A stretch of 64,000 nucleotides of DNA, taken from NCBI RefSeq assembly GCF_009914755.1, contig NC_060936.1. The stretch is one strand, 5' to 3'. Both the position numbers and the translations under genes were made by a program. Positions 14,502 to 28,512 of this stretch are shown here, piece by piece. This DNA comes from the human T2T-CHM13v2.0 reference genome, Homo sapiens. A model generated the notes under the pieces. That model did no database searches. It saw only the letters and a program-made list of their open reading frames with translations, and was not told the origin of the DNA. Every line of letters starts with the position of its first letter. Within the stretch, counting starts at the first letter, position 1.

Positions 14502-14889
14502 TGTTTCTGTTATTTTTTGAATTTCTAGTAATTAAAAAACTCATTCCAATATTACTCTTCTCAAAATCCCTTCTTTCCCTGTCCAAGTCTTAATACCCCC
14601 TACTCCTCTTTCACTTTCTTGTGCTCTAATCAAAGGTTTATTTTTTTAAGACCAAAATTAACACACTGATGTAAGATTCCTGTTTATGTTACAGTGCTGA
14701 ACACATCTGCCTTCCCAGTAGACACTGACCGAGCCTCTGAAGAACAAGTTTTTCCCTTCTTGTGTCCCAGGCTTGCTGAAGGGCGTGGCATTTAAATGTC
14801 TGTATTTACTTGAATCGCACATTATTGAATCGGATAAAACTGAAAGATTTTCAGGAGAAGACAATGTCTAACTCTTGACAGACAAACTT

Positions 14890-15490
14890 GTACGTCTACT
14901 TGCAACTACCCACACCTGGGAGCTCGTTAAGAGCACCAAACCTTGGGTTCCATCCCAAAACTACTGGATCAAAATCTGCATATTTAACAAGATCTCCAGG
15001 TAATTCAAGTGAATATTAAAGCTTGAGAAGCACTTATTATGCTCAGTGTTCTGCATCTCCAGACCGGGGAAGAAATACGTTCTAGTTCCCCTGGTAGAGC
15101 CACTGCCTGTCTCAATGTTACAAGGGTAGGAGACAGAAAGAAGGGATGGGCAGTGTGGGGAAAAGATTAAGAGCAACTTGGAGACCTGGTTTTGGGTCTC
15201 AGATAGGTGTGGAATTGAGCTCAATTTCTGTTACTTATTAGTTTTGAATATTGGGCCTGTGAGCTTAACATTCCTGTTCTGTATAGTGGGGATAGTCATA
15301 GCATCTAACTCAATGTGGTGCCATGAGGGTTCAATAATACGACACATACATCAGAATCTTGAAGAATCCTGTGTGAATAATATACCTTCCAGGGCCTGAC
15401 TCTAGAACTTCCAATCAGAATCTTTGAGATGGTCCAGAAACGCACGTTTTTAATGAGTTCTCCTCCATGTAAAGTTCACATCAGTGCTGA
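14890..15490. mobile_element. Cluster of MER5-type hAT MITE, MIR and a second MER5-type MITE
   Basis: aatctgcatatttaacaagatctccaggtaattc; MIR core at 15250-15340; tcagaatct. Confidence 0.6.
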
Positions 15491-16425
15491 AGAGATTCTG
15501 CAGCCATAAAGGTGGATGTTTCCATGAGTGTTTGGGACACCAACTCATCCTCATTAGACATTAGATCCATGCTGGGAATCCTCAGGTCAGCAATTTGAAC
15601 CAGCCCCAGATCCACCGAAGCTGCAGTCGGAAGAACAAGACACAGAGAAGGAGTGGCAAGAACAAGAAAGCTTCCGAGAGTGCAAGCGTTTTTTTTTTCT
15701 TTATCGGATTCGACGCTCTGGAGAAAATTAAACAGGTAAATCAGTCACAGGTGGACTCATTCTTCACTAATTGCATCCTGACTCAAAGTCCTTTCCCCTG
15801 AAATGTCTTTCCATTTGCTACTTGCCTCCTGCCTTCAAGTTTTTGTCTTTATTGTTGATTTTCAGAATTCAAATATAATTTGTTTAGCTTAAAAAAAACA
15901 AAACAAAAACCACTTGTTCTTCTCTGAGGTTTCTGGATTAATGGTTTGATTCTTTTTGGAAAATTCGCAGCTATTCCTTCTTTGAATAATTTTTCCCCTC
16001 CATCTTTTTTGCCGTCTTCTTTTGGATTTCCAATTACATGCGTATTAGACTGAAATCACCCCACTGGATATGAAAAGTATGCTCTGTGTCTTCATTCTCT
16101 TTTCTCTCTGTGGTTCAGTTTTGGTAAATTTTACTTCAACTACTTTAAATTCATTTTAATCATTATTTTAAACATTTAGTAATTTATATTTTATTTCGAC
16201 AAACCATATTCAAACAACTGAAAATCAAAGATAAAGATAAAAACTTGAAGTCAGGTGACAGTGATGCAAATGTAATATCTCACCTGGATGTGGCTGCTAA
16301 TATCAAAAGAACCACCTTTAGCCTCTTCACTCTTGTTACTTCATCAGCAGGATTTCTAGCTCTCTCTAGTAATAATTTATATTGTAGCTGAGCTATAGTA
16401 TACATATTACCTATACATATGTGTA

Positions 16426-16543
16426 TGCCTAAAGTCATTACACTATTAGATAACAAAAATAAAATCAGAAACCATACAAAATAACCCCAAAGTCCACATA
16501 ATTTTGAATTTTCAGGATTGCACTTTCTATCAAATAAAGTACA
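16426..16543 (+). repeat. 118-bp copy of 16867-16984 inserted in a TA-rich repeat
   Basis: 3 mismatches to the donor; flanked by tacatatgtgtatg on both sides. Confidence 0.95.
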
Positions 16544-16750
16544 TATGTGTATGTAATATGTGTATGCAATATGTATACTATTAAATATGTGTATGTAATA
16601 TGTATGCTATTGCACATGTACATATTACATATACATGTGCAATAGTATACGTATTACATATATTGTAATACAATATAATTGTAATACTATTGCATACATA
16701 TTACATACATTATATATCTTTCTATCTATATGTTTACCTATATCTATCTC
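16544..16750. repeat. TA/TG-rich low-complexity repeat with a 29-bp-arm hairpin
   Basis: 16592-16620 is the reverse complement of 16632-16660 with 2 mismatches. Confidence 0.85.
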
Positions 16751-18184
16751 TCTATTAAGAAAATCGGTTTTAGGTTCCTGTGATTTATCCACATTATTTC
16801 ACTTAAATTCCGCAATACAAATTTCCAGTTTTACTGATGAAACTAAAATATAGACCAATTCTGACTTGCCTAAAGTCATTACACTATTAGATAACAAAAA
16901 TAAAATCAGAACCCATACAAAATAACCCCAAAGCCCACATAATTTTGAATTTTCAGGATTGCACTTTCTATCGAATAAAGTACACTCATTCTTCAGAATC
17001 ATAGATTGTGAGTCTAACAATCTTGCTGAGAATGGATACTCTGACTTCCAGAGACTTGATGACTTTGTTTCCTCTCTTCTCCCGTAATTTTACGTGTGAT
17101 AAGTGGATGTTGGCAGCTTCTCCAAATAAGGCATGAATCAAGAATGTACTCTCAACGTGAAATAGCAAGCCAAAGATTGATTATATCTACTTAAGTCTAT
17201 GATAAAAATGGACACCAGCTTGCCAAATTATTTCAGCTGCCAAGAACACCAACCACCAAAGTATCAGGACAGATGGATTTCACCAAAGCCTTGATATAAT
17301 CTGAGGAAAAGAAACTCAGGGAAAATGTGCTGATCCATCATTTAAGGGGCAAAGGTATCCTCCTGTACTGGTGTTTGTTGGTAAATGTTGAAACCAATTA
17401 TGTGTTAATAATCATGTTTTAGTTTCTCTTTTAAGTTTCATTTTCTATGTACCACATTGAATAATACTCAGATGAAGTTAGATTATAATTTCTTTTCAGC
17501 TCAAGAAAAGTAAGCAAATGTATAGTCAGGGCTATTTTAACTGGAAAAAAAAAACCTACTACTGACAGTGTCTTACAAGAAAGATGTTTAATTTTTTATG
17601 TTATAAAAAATGTGGAGGCACATGTTTTATGTATGTCAGCAGTCAAATGGTGACAGGACCTTGGATAAACATCTGGGTTCTCTAGGATCCCACCTAATGT
17701 TTGCAAGAAGATTGTAAGTATATTCTCCTATAGCAGCATCTAAAGAAGAGAAGATGGAGCTAATTCTCATATCAGTATTTTCTTAAATGAATAATCTTAA
17801 CCCAAAACACTGCTAGATAAATTCATTTTGCTCCTCATTGGCTGGATTGGGTCATATGGTCACCTATAGCTACAGAGAGGATGAGAGAGTGAGTACCTGA
17901 AACAGTGATTGGAATAAACCTAACCATGATCTACTGCTAGAGAGGTGGCACTTAGACAGAGTGATGATGCCTAAACTTCTAGAAGTAGAGTTATCTGGCT
18001 CCTCTAAGACCTAGACTAACTGTAGGTCATTGATAAGCCAAACATCTGATTAAGAATCACATTGGAAGACTTCTCATCATTTTTGTCTTTGTAAATAAAG
18101 GACCCCTATCTAACTTTACATTCCTTTACTTCCTTGAACTTAAAAGCCTATAAAAACAAACAAACCAAAAATAAGCAAAAGTAT

Positions 18185-20506
18185 GGTATTATTTTGTTTC
18201 CACACTGGTAATAAAGACATACCAGAGACTGGGTAGTTTATGCAGGAAAGAGTTTAATGGACTCACAGTTCTACATGGCTGGGGAGGCCTCACAATCATG
18301 GTGGAAGGCAAGGAGGAGCAAGTCACATCTTCCATGGATGGCAGCAGGCGAAGAGAGAGCTTGTGCAGGGAAACTCCCCCTTATAAAACTGTGAGTAAGT
18401 CATGAGACTTACTCACTATCACAAGAACAGTATGGGAAAACCCTGCCACCATGATTCAATTACCTCCCACCAGGTCTCCCCAACAACACGTAAGAATTGT
18501 GGGAGATAAAATTTAAGATGAGATTTGGGTGGGGACACAGTCAAACCACATCATTTCTTCCCTGGCCCTCCAAATTTCATGTCTTCACATTTCAAAACCA
18601 ATTATGCCTTCCCAACAGTCCCCCAAAGTCTTAACTCATTTCAGCATTAACTCAAAAGTCCACAGTCCAATGTCTCATCTGAGACAAGGTAAGTACCTTC
18701 TGCATATGATCCTATAAAATTGAAAGCAAGTTAGTTACTCACTAGATACAATGGGGTTACAGGCAATGGGTAAATACAGCCATTCTGAATGGGAAAGATT
18801 GGCCAAAACAAAGGGGCTACAGGCCCCATACAAGTCTGAAATCCAGCGGGGAAGGCAAATCTTAAAGCTCCAAAATGTTCTCCTTTGACTTCACGTCTCA
18901 CAACCAGGTCATGCTGATACAAAATGTGGGTTCCCATAGACTTGGGCAGCTCCACCCCTGTGGCTTTGCAGGGTACAGCCTCCCTCCCAGCTGCTTTCAC
19001 ATGCTGGTGTTGAGTGTCTGTGGATTTTCAAGGTACACAGTGCAAGCTGTTGGTGGATCTAACATTCTGGGGTCTGAAGGATGGTGGCCCTCTTATCACA
19101 GCCCAATAGGCAGTGCCCCAGTAGGGACTCTGTGTGGGAGCTCCAACCCCATGTTTTCCTTCTTCACTGCCCTAGCAGAGATTCTCCATAAGGGCCCCAC
19201 CCCTGCAGCAAACTTCTGCCTGGGCATCCAGGCATTTCCATACATCCTCTGAAATCTAGACAGAGGTTCCCAAACCCCATTTCTTGACTTCTGTGCACTT
19301 GCAGGCTCAACACCATGTGGAAGCTACCAAGGCTTGGGTCTTGCATCATCTGAAGCCATGGTCTTAGCTCTATATTGGCCCCTTTCAGCCATGGCTAGAG
19401 GGTCTGGGATGCAGGGCACCAAGTCCCTAGGCTGCACACAGCATGGGGACCCTGGGCCCGGCCCATGAAACCATTTTTAGCTCATAGGCCTCCAGGCCTG
19501 TGATGGGAGGGGCTGCCTTGAAGACTTCTGACATGCCCTGAAAACACTGTCACCATTGTCTTGGGGATTAACATTTGGCTCCTTGTTACTTATGCAAATT
19601 TCTGGAGCCAGCTTGAATTTATTCTCAGAAAATAGGTTTTTCTTTTCTATCAGATCATCAGGCTGCAAATTTTTTCAAACTTTTATGCTCTGCTTCCCTT
19701 ATCAAACTGAATCCCTTTAACACACCCAAGTCATATCTTGAATGCTTTGCTGCTTTGAAATTTCTTCTGCCAGATACCCTAAATCATCTGTCTCAAGTTC
19801 AAAGTTCCACAAATCTCTAGGGCAGGGACAAAATGCTGCCAGTCTCTTTGCTAAAACATAACAAGAGTCACTTTTACTCTAGTTCCCAACAAGATCCTCA
19901 TTTCCATCTGAGACCACCTCAGACTGGACTTTATTGTCCATCTCATTATCAGCATTTTGGGAAAAGCCATTCAACAAGTCTCTAGGAAGCCCAAACTTTC
20001 CCATATTTTCCTGTATTCTTCTGAGCCCTCCAAACTGTTTTAACTCCTGTCTGTTACCCATTTCCAAAGTCACTTCCACATTTTCAGGTATCTTTACAGC
20101 AGCACCCCACTCTACCAATACCAATTTACTGTATTAGTCCATTTTCACATTGCTAATAAGGACATACCCATGACTGGGTAATTTATACAAGAAAGAGGAG
20201 TAATGGACTCACAGTTCCACATGGCTGCATGGCTGGAGAGGCCTCACAATCATGGTGGAAGGCAAGAAGGAGCAAGTCATGTCCTCCATGGATGGCAGCA
20301 GGCAAAAAGAGAGCTTGTGCAGGGAAACTTCCCCTTATAAAACCATCAGATCTCATGAGATTTCTTCACTATCACAAGAACAGCACAGGAAAGATCCACC
20401 CCCATGATTCAATTACCTCCCACTGGATCCCTCCCACAACACATGGGAATTGTGGAAGCTACAATTCAAGATGAGATTTGGGTGGGGACACAGCAAAACC
20501 ATATCA
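18185..20506 (-). mobile_element. Full-length THE1 (THE1B-like) MaLR provirus: LTR 18185-18553, internal region, LTR 20130-20506
   Basis: Two direct LTRs, about 1.6 kb of THE1-int, 5-bp TSD agtat. Confidence 0.93.
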
Positions 20507-20699
20507 AGTATCTAGCCTTGTGTTCCTCCCTCCTTTACCCTACCACATTCTTGAGCATGTAAACAAGCTATATTTATTCGGGCTACAGAGAAACATTTCT
20601 GATTGGAACAAAGGAGTGGTACAGAAAAAACAAGCTGTGTGCTTCACACATTTGCCAGTTAGGTTTACTTACAATATCCAAAAATGTGTTAAATTTTAA

Positions 20700-20890
20700 C
20701 ATTAGTGTTTTTCAATGTAGTTCTCTCATTAACAGCATAACCATTACCTGGGTCCACACTAGAAATGTGAATCTTTGGGCTCTACCCCAGATCTACAGAA
20801 TCAAAAGTGCCATGGAACCCACCAATTAGCATTTCACCAAGCTCTCCAGGTGATTCTGATATATGCTGAAGTTTAAGAGCCAATGCTTTA
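20700..20890. mobile_element. MER5A-like MITE
   Basis: ccccagatctacagaatcaaa...caagctctccaggtgattctgat. Confidence 0.7.
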
Positions 20891-20894
20891 GAGT

Positions 20895-21722
20895 GTGAGT
20901 TTGCACATTTTCTTTAAAAAACCAGGTAGATTGAGGAAAGCAGTTTGGTGATCCCCTCAAAGAGCTGAAAGCAGAACTACCATTTGACCTAGCAATCCCA
21001 TTACTGGATGTATATCCAGAGGAATATAAATCATTCTGTTAAAAAGATACCTGCACATATATGTTCATTACAGCACTATTCACAATAGCAAAGACATGGA
21101 ATCAACTTAAATGCCCATCAGTGATTGGATAAAGAAAATGTGGTACATATACACCATGGAATACTATGCAGCCATAACAAAAAATGAAATGTTTTTTGCA
21201 GGAACATGGATGGAGCTGGAGGCTATTATCCTTAGCAAACTAACACAGGAACAGAAAACCAAATATCATATGTTTTCACTTATAAGTGGGAGCCAAGTGA
21301 TAAGAACTTATGAACACAAAGAAGGAAACAACATACACCAGGGTCGACTTGAGGGTGGAGGTTGGGAGGAGGGAGAGGGGCAGAAAAGATAACTATTGGG
21401 AACTGTGCTTAATACCTGAGTGATGAAATAATCTGTACGACACCCCCCGACACAAGTTTACCTGTGTAAAAAACCTTCACATGTATCCCTGAACCTAAAA
21501 TAAAAGTTAAAAAAAAAAGGAAGGACCAGTAAATATTTCTGGCTTCAGGAGCAATGTGTCTCTGTTGCAACAACTTAATTCTGCCTTTGCAGTGCAGAGT
21601 GGACATAGGCAGTGCATACAGAACATGGCTGTGTCTCAATAAAACATTTGCAAAGAGCAGGTATTTATAAGAGCAGGTAGCCAGTCTTGATTGGGCCCAC
21701 AGGCTCCTGTTTTCTGATCTCT
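20895..21722. mobile_element. MER58A split by an L1 3' fragment (20931-21518, + strand, L1PA16-like)
   Basis: MER58A halves (agtaaatattt...ggctgtgtctcaataaaac) flank L1 3'UTR with poly-A. Confidence 0.8.
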
Positions 21723-22860
21723 GATTTAGAGGGAAGCTTCTATCAGAGAGGTTGCATCATCATAGAATGGTTACTTGATTGTCTTTCCAATAGACTATGG
21801 GTTCCTTGAGGGAAAGGATTATATTTACTTTTATTTGTTTCTACAGCATCAGTGATAAGCATGGTTCAGAGCTGACACATAATAAACTCTTATTTCACAA
21901 GATGCTGAGGAGAAGAGATAAACTTAGAATATTATAAAAGCAAAATGAGGTACCAGAAGTAGTCTGTAGCTTCTTTAAAATTTTGCCTGAAGTAAGACCT
22001 CAATTGAAAAGTGGATTGCAATGTTTTCTGCATCGTCCTTAACATTTCTACTCTTCGACCTGCAATAGCAAGAATTGAGTGAAATATGAAAAGATAATAT
22101 GCGAAACCAATTTGAATATTCTGCTTCAGATTTTTCAAGGGAGATCATGGTGTTGCTCCCTGTTTACAGTTCTCTCTCTGAAGGTTTTTCAGACCATGAA
22201 ATTGGAGTTCTGTTCCTTTCACAATGGAGATATTCAAAGGAAAGACACAACCTTTGGTCTCTGGCCATAGTGTAAAATTAGGATTAAGAAACCATTGAAT
22301 TCATTTGGTTGAAAAATTGAGGAAGACACGGTCTGTAGTCTTCAAATCAATAGTTATTTGGGAAATAAAAGCACAAAATTGTTGCCGAGAAACCGTCTCT
22401 TCACCGTAGACCACATTTAACTGAGATGCCAGAAAGGGCCATAATTGGGAGACAGAATCTTATGAGGCTACATTAATTTAATATGACTGACACCCAAGTC
22501 ATAACTCGACCTTTACTCCATTACTGGATAGGAACGTTTTCCACTCTATACCACATTTAGTATATTTAAAGAGGAAGGATAGCTCTCACCATCTCCTAGT
22601 CATTGTATAAGAAAAAGTTTTGTGAAATATTTCATTTTGCACTTCCCTCCAGGTCTGTTTTCAGACATAGTGAGGAGCCTGGAGTTTTCCAGAGGTTTTC
22701 CAAGCTGCTGAGGAATGACACCAAGCAGCAAACCCACAGAGGGAAGAGGGAGAGTCAATTATTTGAGTTCCCAGGAAGGTATGAGAACATGCCATGGGGA
22801 TATGAAACCAAACATGGCTATACAATTGGAAGCAAAATTCAATTTAAAAAATGAAGAAAG

Positions 22861-23189
22861 TGATACAGTTTGGCTTTGCATCCCCACACAAATCTCATGG
22901 GAGGTGATTGGATCATGGGGGCAGGTTCCTCCATGCTGTTCTCATAATAGTGAGTTCTCACGAGAGCCCGCTGTTTGGTAAGTGTCTGGCATTTCTCCTT
23001 TCTCTCTCTCTCTCTTCTCTCCCGATGCATGTAAGACATGCCTTGCTCTCCCTTCACCTTCCATCATGAATGTAAGTTTCCTGAGGCCTCCCCAGCCAGG
23101 CGGAACTGTGAGTCAATTAAACGTCCTCTCTTTATAAATTACACAGTGTCAGGTAGTTCTTTACAGCAGTGTGAAAAAGGACTAATACA
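22861..23189 (+). mobile_element. MSTA/THE1D-type solo LTR with an internal deletion
   Basis: tgatacagtttggct...ggactaataca; TSD-like gaaag/gaagg. Confidence 0.88.
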
Positions 23190-23329
23190 GAAGGTAAGAT
23201 TAATATCATTACTATCAGGCTGAACTAACTAAGCAGAAACCTGAAGAGGTCCTTTGCTTTAATAACTTTTAGTAACTGACTTTTCTATGAAGTAATCAAA
23301 TCTTGACAGCAATATAAACTTACAACTAA

Positions 23330-23655
23330 ATAAAGTGCATTAAAAACAAAAGTAACAATTTTTATTACTTATTTTTAAATAAAATTTCAAGACTTTTTAC
23401 TAACTTTTCTTAACGTCTGTGATATCAAGGTTGTTTCTATTTGGTCTGCATCTATTGTGTATGAAGGGTGGTGATCTTATACAATGCTGGGCTGCTGCGC
23501 ATCTCTTCCCAACTCAATGCTCAGCACTGTCATGGCAGTTGTCTGAAATTGGCCAGCGTGAAAGTATTTACACCAAAGAAAATGGCAAACTGTAAACCAG
23601 AGGTTTTTCTCACTGGAGAGCCAATTATTAAACACTTGTCAGCATACCCCAGCTG
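23330..23655. mobile_element. MER63-type hAT element
   Basis: catctcttcccaactc...agtatttacacc...ggagagccaattattaaacac. Confidence 0.7.
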
Positions 23656-25729
23656 AAGTGTCATTCAGACCTACAGTACAGGCAAACAATTTCGATTTTG
23701 AGGCTCTCATTTAAAAGCAGACATGAATATAAGGTTTCCCTTTGATTAGAAATATATTTTCTGCCTTTTAAGCAAAATGTCCACTTAAGAGGCAAGCTAA
23801 AACAGAATTTCTGGCAGTGCATACTGAGAAAATTCCCCTAATGGATTTGCCCTAGAAGCCTCACGTGGATTTTTAGAATGCAAAATCCTTTTATTTTACA
23901 TTTTTTGTCTTTTTGAATCAACATTTCACTGCTCTCTTTTTTCCACCCTCTGTATCCTCCATCCTGCCTCCCATTTGTAATAGATGCATCAGTCAGGAGG
24001 CATGAAGCTGGTCTGTCTGGGGAAATAAATGCATGGGCAGGCTTTCAAGTAGCTATACAATTTCTCTCTATTCTGTCACCTCTGCAATTCTATTCATCAT
24101 GTTAAGAATGTACACATCAAGCAAAACCATGCTCCCAAATCACACAAATGGTTGTGGAATCAAGCAGTATCACATTGCTCCTACGGGCAGTTTATGGTTG
24201 ACACATCTCTCCAACGAGGGTTAAAGAAAGACATTCACTTTGATGGATTTTGAAAAGCAAATTAAGCCTTGGAAACTTGTGAAGGAAGATCCAATCAACT
24301 CTGCCAGCCACCAGAGGAAGCCACTGCCACCTCTCAGCTGGAGAAACAGAGGGAAGATGCAATGTTATTACAGCCAGGAGCAGGGCCGGCCTTGAGAAGT
24401 TGGAATGGAAGTGAACCTCTTTCAGAGAGCTGGAGGCAGGTAGGAGATGCTGGGAGCATTTTGACAAAGATGTCCCATAAGGCAGAGAGGGTGGAAGATG
24501 AAAGTCCTGGCTTTTCCCTATCTCCTCCCTGATAATCTCTGGATTACCTGGGAAATTCAATCTGGAATTGGGCACCACCCCATACAATGCAGAGTAATGC
24601 CAGAAAAAAGAGGCAAAGGATATGAAGATCACCCAACCAAGATAGCATCCACTAAACATGTTGGCAGGTCGCAAAGGTGATGACCTAGGGGAAGTTCCTC
24701 TGAGCTGCTTTTCCACACCAAAGGCAGCAAGTCACTTGTGTTATCCTGCAAACTCCTTCCTAACTGCCTCCTAGGAGAGTGGAACCTGGTGTAAATGTCT
24801 TAGAAGCACCTCCAAAGAAGATGCCTGCTGTGTTCAGTTGCAACTTGTTCCTTCCCAGAAGATGCCTTTATCACCCATGAAACGTCGTTCTACATTCTTC
24901 CTTATTCCAAAGTGCTGACGTTTTGCAAGATGGTGACAATACTATGCAATTTCTCCATCTCCCTTGTAGTCAGGAGAGGCTGTAGAACATAGCCACTGTA
25001 AGTGGAAACCAATGATATGCCTCTCTGGAAACATTCCAGTGTCTCTGGGGATAAAGAGGAACAGATTCAGTTTCCATGAATTTTTTACCTTCCCTTCCTT
25101 TTCCTTCTTTTTTTCTGTCTTCTTTTGTCCTCATCAGAAACAAGACCTTAATGCCTACAGGTACAGCAGCTATTTGTAACCCAGGATCCATGAGCTAAAA
25201 TAGATGGTGAAGCAAAAAACCGGAAGGAGCTTTGTCTTATCACATGTATAACATAAGTAAGGCAAACCAAATATTTACTTGAACCATTTTGCAGCCAAAT
25301 AGTTTTGCAGAACTATTTTTTGCAGCCAAATATGATTTTAAATATTAAATCACCTAAAAACAAAACATGATAACTGATGCCATAATGATATAGGGGTAGA
25401 AAAATAAAAGATTTGAACTCAAAACATCTGAATTCAAACTCTGGCTCTATCAGTTACAAGCCATGTGATCTTAGACATGTGGCTGAATGTCTCTGTGCCT
25501 TGGTTTTCCCATTTATAAAATGATGGTGATGATAATTCCTGCTGGGTCTGGTTCCTTTTCAATATTCTACAGCCTCAGAGCCTACGCACATGCTGTTCCC
25601 TCTGCCTGGAATGCTGTTCTTTTGCTCCATTGACTCCTACTTATCCATGAGATCTTAGATCAAATATACTTTTCTTTCAGTGAGTTGTATTTGTTGTCCT
25701 CTCAGACTCAATCAGATTTCAACCTCTTA

Positions 25730-26893
<1,164 letters not shown>

Positions 26894-27516
26894 TCAGTGG
26901 CATATTTGTTTATAAGATTATGCCATGAATTTCTGTCTCCTCCATGATACTGAAAACTCCATGAGGACAAGAAACCTCTATAAGTCACTTAGAAATACAC
27001 CCTCAGCATCTCCTAGTGCTTGGACACGCAGCAGATACTCACTGTCTAACAAATGGACGGATAAGTAAGTTCTGAATTTCAAATACATATGTGTCTATGT
27101 AAGTGGGGAAAATAAGAATATTTATATTGTTGAATTGCTTAGACTAATGTTTTTCCAGAAGTTCCTGGCAGAGTATTTATCAAATTCTTCGCATTTATTA
27201 CTGTGCAGTTGTATAGTATATTATTATCTAGCCATGCAAATAAAAACGAACTCTTTGTGACTCAACACTAATGTGCTTCCAATTGTAATGACTGCTGTTC
27301 TCACAGATTCTTGTTTCTGTGGTCAAAGAAATGGAGTGGGATGATATGGAGATTGTCTGTGACCCAAAGACTGCTGGTCTCCGTAATCATGGCATAGAGA
27401 AAAAGAGGAGCAGGGATTTATCACAGAGATGTATTTTATGTAGTAAGTTATTTTTCACATATATGTTTTTCTCTCTTCTTGTGATAAAAGGGTGGTTATT
27501 TTTTACACTTACTCAC

Positions 27517-27965
27517 ATGAAGTGTCAACTTGATTGAATTGAAGGAAGCAAGGTTCATCCTTTCTGGGTGTGTCTGTGAGGGTGTTGCCAGAGGAGATTA
27601 ACATTTGAGTCAGTGGACTGGGAGAGGCGGACCCACCCTCAATCTGGGTGGGCACCATCCAAATGACTGCCAGCGAAGCTAGAAAAAGCAGGTGGCAGAA
27701 GGTGGAAGGAGATGACTTGCGGAGCCTTCCTGCCTTCATCTATCTCCCGTGCTGGATGCTTCCTGCCCTGAACATCAGACTCCAGATTCTTCAGCTTTTG
27801 CAGTCTTGGACTTACAACAGTGACTTGCCAGGGGCCCCCGGTCCTTGGGCCACAGGCTGAAGGCTGCACTGTCGGCTTCCTTATTTTTATTTATTTATTT
27901 ATTTATTTATTTACTTATGTATTATTTTGAGATGGAGTTTCACTCTTTTGCCCAGGCTGGAGTAA
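27517..27965 (+). repeat. Partial MLT2A plus Alu 3' end; inverted copy of 28948-29372
   Basis: Shares the Alu/MLT2 junction and private variants with the downstream element. Confidence 0.92.
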
Positions 27966-28512
27966 CACTACATAATGACATCTATTTGTGGCATTTATAT
28001 CTTTTGTTACAAGGCAGCTTATTACTTTAAATTATGGTTAAATAAAGACTTTCCACTCTGGTTTTAAACCATGTTACACATGGAGACATAGGAATGGATG
28101 ATGGAAATTTTATTTATTCTTTTGCTTCTTCAAAATTTAAAAACTCTCCCTTAATTATGCTGGAAGCCTTTTAGCATGGCTTCTTAAAGATGGAAGCAGA
28201 GACTGGATCCTTGTTCACCAAACCCACTCTCTCTCCTTCCTGGTTATGTTTTATTTCCAGCCTCCTTGTAGCTTGCTGTGGTCATGGGACTGGTTCGCAG
28301 CCAGTGGCAGGGGTGCAGACATGTGGCACTGCCTTCCTCACCTGGCCTGGGTGACGCTCCCATAGGTGATCCTGTAGGTTCTGTCCTCTTCCATCAGCTC
28401 CGTGCCCAGCAGCACCGCAAGCTTAGAAGCCACATGTTAGAGAAGGAGGAGCCAAAGATGGGAGAGCCTGGCCCCCAAACATCCCCCGGAGGAGAGCCAC
28501 TCACTGATTGGG

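Noticed and set aside
9661-21518. Two L1 fragments (9661 and 20931) start at nearly the same consensus position
   Set aside because: Their 3'UTRs differ as distinct subfamilies and flanks are unrelated, so this is coincidence rather than duplication
24192-24716. 174-aa minus-strand ORF
   Set aside because: No recognisable domain, no supporting gene structure, probably old LTR-derived sequence
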